From: Veleropilina oligotropha
Lineage: Eukaryota
Reading direction: 5' to 3'
Assembly: GCA_048128005.1 (NCBI GenBank)
Contig: JBEUKZ010000023.1
Coordinates: forward strand, 372,001 to 436,000
Length of the DNA stretch: 64,000 bases
Part shown: positions 60,870 through 64,000 of the stretch, in pieces
Numbering within the stretch: position 1 is the stretch's first letter
Layout: each line of letters starts with the position of its first letter
The notes under the pieces: model-generated
Database searches by the model: none
Told to the model about the DNA's origin: nothing
Seen by the model: only the letters and a program-made list of their open reading frames with translations
Program-made: the position numbers and the translations under genes

Positions 60870-63800
60870 TCATAGTGCACCAAGATCTTGAGCAGAGCGG
60901 GCACCTGCGAAAAGAAAGCAAATAATATGTTACTGTTGTTACGAGACCACTCCTTTAACTTTGGACTTACTGGGAAAAGGCAGAAATAAGTAGGCTTAAA
61001 TATTTTAAAAGGAAGTCTTAAAAATTGTTTTGGAATATCTCAGCGCATTACAGTCATTTCAAGCGGGTAGCGCCGTCATTTATGCAAATGTCAAGGAGGT
61101 ACCCATTCAGGTTGAACCGAGGCAAATATACTACATGTAGTATGCGTATTTCCTTGCCCAAGTGAAATCACCGAGACCGATTATCGAATGCGAACTAAAA
61201 TAATTGGTCATTGACAAAAAATCAACGAATGTGATCTAATCATTCACGTATTTTTACACATACTGTTACAGTAATGTTTAATCTAAATACACAATCATGT
61301 ATACGTATCATGATTAAAAGACGTACGTTTCAACGTTCCCTTCTCCGAGCGTTTGCTTGATGCGTAACCTGTTTCGGACCGCGGATGATGAGGCTGTTTG
61401 CCGTATCCCGTCAGGTCGCCGGTCAGTCTCACCACGGCCCCTGGACCGTATCTACTTTTGTTGTACTGAGGGTTGTACGAGCTCCCCGGATGTCGCAGAA
61501 CCAAGGCTACAGAGAGATTGTTGGAGAATTAATATAATTGTATTGCAATTTGAGATTTAACATTGTGAGACAACATTGTTCATACATAATTTTCATAATA
61601 AACGACAACAGACTTTCCATTTCATTGTGAATACATGACATCTTACTCAGATCCGGATGACAACCATAACATAATTTTTAAGGCACCTTCTTTCAACCCA
61701 TAACCATTGTGTAAATAAAAGGTTTGTGTTGGAAATCCAATTCTTCTTTATTTGTTGCTATACCCCTGGGTCATCTACACAATCATTGTAATGCTTGGGC
61801 AAACAGCAGTGTGTTCGAATCCTCACCAAGGACTTTGTTTAGTTAACAGTCAGAGTCATCCATAACTGGTCGGATGAACCTTGATGTTGTTAAAATGCAA
61901 TATTAATATTAAACAAAATTTGTCTGCATATGAATATCAGATACAATATAAACTTACAACTATCATCGCCGTTAGTGCGTATGATCGGATCGGTGTAGCC
62001 ATTGTTAACGTAGACTACAGAACCCCCTGACGGCTTCATCTTGTAGCCCGATGGTGCTATGGCAACAGATGGCGCATAGTAGGTAGAGCGATCATCTTCC
62101 AGATAGATTCCCTCTAAGCCAAGAGAGACAAGTTGTCGAACTTTGGGCAGGAACATGGCGAAGAGAATCAACGTGGCGACTAAGAAGAGCCCAAAGGCCA
62201 TGGCTGCATCCCCATACTCTTCCGCGAAGGCATTGTCGCGGTTCAGACCACCGACGAGGCCCCAGGCGATCCAGAGCGGAATGCTAAATCCGGAGGAGAT
62301 TCCGATGAAAATACTCTCTCGGTGATTGGTGGTGATACCATGCGCCGACATGGAAACGATCGTGGTTAGCAGGATGAGGAACATGATGTATATCAGCGAC
62401 AGCAGGTGATTTTCGAAAGTGGAATAGGAGAAGTCGGACATCACGGTGTTGCCCGAGGCGGCCACCCATGTGTAGTGGCTGCATATCCACACCTGTTTCC
62501 CCGCATGGTTGATGACCTGGACGGCCACCGGTGGGATGGTGAGCATCCATTGGATGCTTATCACCAGCTGGACCCCGACGGCCAGGAGGAACATCAGAAA
62601 CTGGTAGATTCCACGGAGGTAGCGAGGCTGCTCTGTCTCTGCACCCATCATGCCGTCGTTGTTTCTGGAGTAGGAGGTAAGCAGGACCATCAGCTTGACG
62701 AGTAGGACGGCGAAGCAGATGGCGTAGGACATCCCGACCCCAAAGCGCGTGATGCCACAGGTTGTGTTCGTCGGGATGAAAAGGTAGGCAAAAAGGGTGA
62801 GGTAGCTGCAGAAGATGCCGAACAGAAGGAGCTGCCCAAGCCACATGGTACGAAGCTGTGTCGACATATCCCTACCCATCAGTCGAGAAATAATGTAAAT
62901 CTCGAAGATGATAACTGCAAGAACACCCAAACCAGCCAGAACGCCCAGGGGGATGATCCATTTTTGGCCCTCGCTGTATCGTGTGATATCTACAGTTCTG
63001 TTCAGCGATGAAGACGTGTCCATTCGGGATGCAGCAGACATGGGCGTTCCTAAGGTTCCTGGAAGCGAAGCATCCGCAAGAATCTTGATAAAGGCGTACT
63101 TTCCACCTTCGGTTGGATCGTAGGGAGTTGTTTGAACAGCTGGTTGAGTGTTGGGGGAACCCACCGGTGGGGCTGTACTGGCAGCTTCGCCGCAGACAAG
63201 GCAGGGCGACTCGTAGCAACGTGATATCGGGAAATTCAGTTCGCTGGCCACTCCGAAAATTCGAAAATTGTTAACAAGATCCAAAGTATTGCCTCGGTAT
63301 GTACCAACCTGCAAATAATATGTTGACAAATTTATTTGACCGTATGGAGAGTGAGATATAAAGATGAACAAATACTTGAATTATAGTAAAAATGTTAATG
63401 CTAGTGTATCATTCACACTGTACTTTTTACCATAAATTCTCAACCCTTATATTATATTAATAATAATTATTATAATAGTAGCATTTATGTAAAAACTTGC
63501 ATTCTGATGTACCAATAAATCAAAATTTGAACTTTGTTCAATGAACAGTCACAGCTGTCCAAAACTAGCGAAATAATATGAACTTGAAAGGTATTAAAAT
63601 GGCAAATTAAGCATCGATACCTATCGATCACTATCAGCGCTATGTATTATACTTGCATCTTCATATCTTCCATTTTGAATGTTGTGTACAGCATACCGCC
63701 TCGAGTTCACGGCGAGTTTCCCATCGTCTTCAAAGACTCTGACACCTTCTTTTGTTAGACTGCTGCCTACCCATCTCCAAATATCGGGTCCCCGAACATT

Positions 63801-64000
63801 CGAGTTCATGAATGCGGAACACATCTCGTACTGGTTTTGGCACTCTTTCATTGCCGCTGCCTTGATGCCCGATATCATGGCTTGCGTCGCCATGATGGTG
63901 TAGGGTAGATACTCGTCCTGTTGAACGCGATTAACAAGAGACTGGGCAGATGGATCACAGTCATCTCGTCCTGGTAGGTTTCTGTCACTGCCGGCCAAAT
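60870..64000 (-). CDS. Class C (glutamate-family) GPCR, 3' portion; gene continues beyond the window
   Basis: Exons: from beyond 64000 to 63657 (end of a Venus-flytrap-like domain: YLPYTIMATQAMISGIK...C....MC..F...FEDDG...YAVHNIQ), 63308-61958 (linker plus 7TM: LLFGIFCSY, CGITRFGVGMSYAICFAVLLVK, VQLVISIQW, NHRESIFIG, MFLPKV), 61506-61327, and 60904-60870 (RARSAQDLGAL*). The last two exons are less certain. Confidence 0.85.

Noticed and set aside
62143..63219. Alternative-frame and antisense ORFs over the GPCR exon (also those over pol and Academ)
   Set aside because: They are expected shadows of GC-richer coding sequence and show no independent motifs.

Overview
This is AT-rich, intron-containing eukaryotic DNA from an invertebrate animal. 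The repeat types suggest a lophotrochozoan, probably a mollusc (inference). I could splice three host genes by hand. (1) A complete 7-exon RPA-interacting protein gene (RPAIN, minus strand, 4618-10164, 216 aa). (2) Head-to-head with it, a ~12-exon INPP5J/K-type inositol polyphosphate 5-phosphatase with a SKICH domain (plus strand, ~10784-47436, ~407 aa). (3) The 3' part of an atypical class C GPCR (minus strand, 60870 to beyond 64000). Most of the rest is nested mobile DNA: a Merlin (ISXO2/IS1595-like) transposon with an apparently intact 9-exon PHD-FLYWCH-MULE transposon inside it; a decayed XPG-type Academ element whose terminal inverted repeat (TIR) is interrupted by a Helentron-type HINE carrying a 158-bp satellite array; a Kolobok-like remnant; a full-length Gypsy element with identical LTRs; CR1 and Tc1 fragments; several tRNA-derived SINEs, MITEs and long hairpins. 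The most unusual observations are a ~37-copy 40-bp minisatellite built from the splice acceptor of a coding INPP5K exon, the PHD-finger MULE transposase, a young Gypsy with intact pol but two in-frame UGA codons in gag, a perfect 42-bp-arm hairpin in the RPAIN/INPP5K shared promoter, and a class C GPCR lacking the normal cysteine-rich domain. I see no CRISPR array, rRNA or bona fide tRNA gene. All family assignments rest on motif recognition without database searches.
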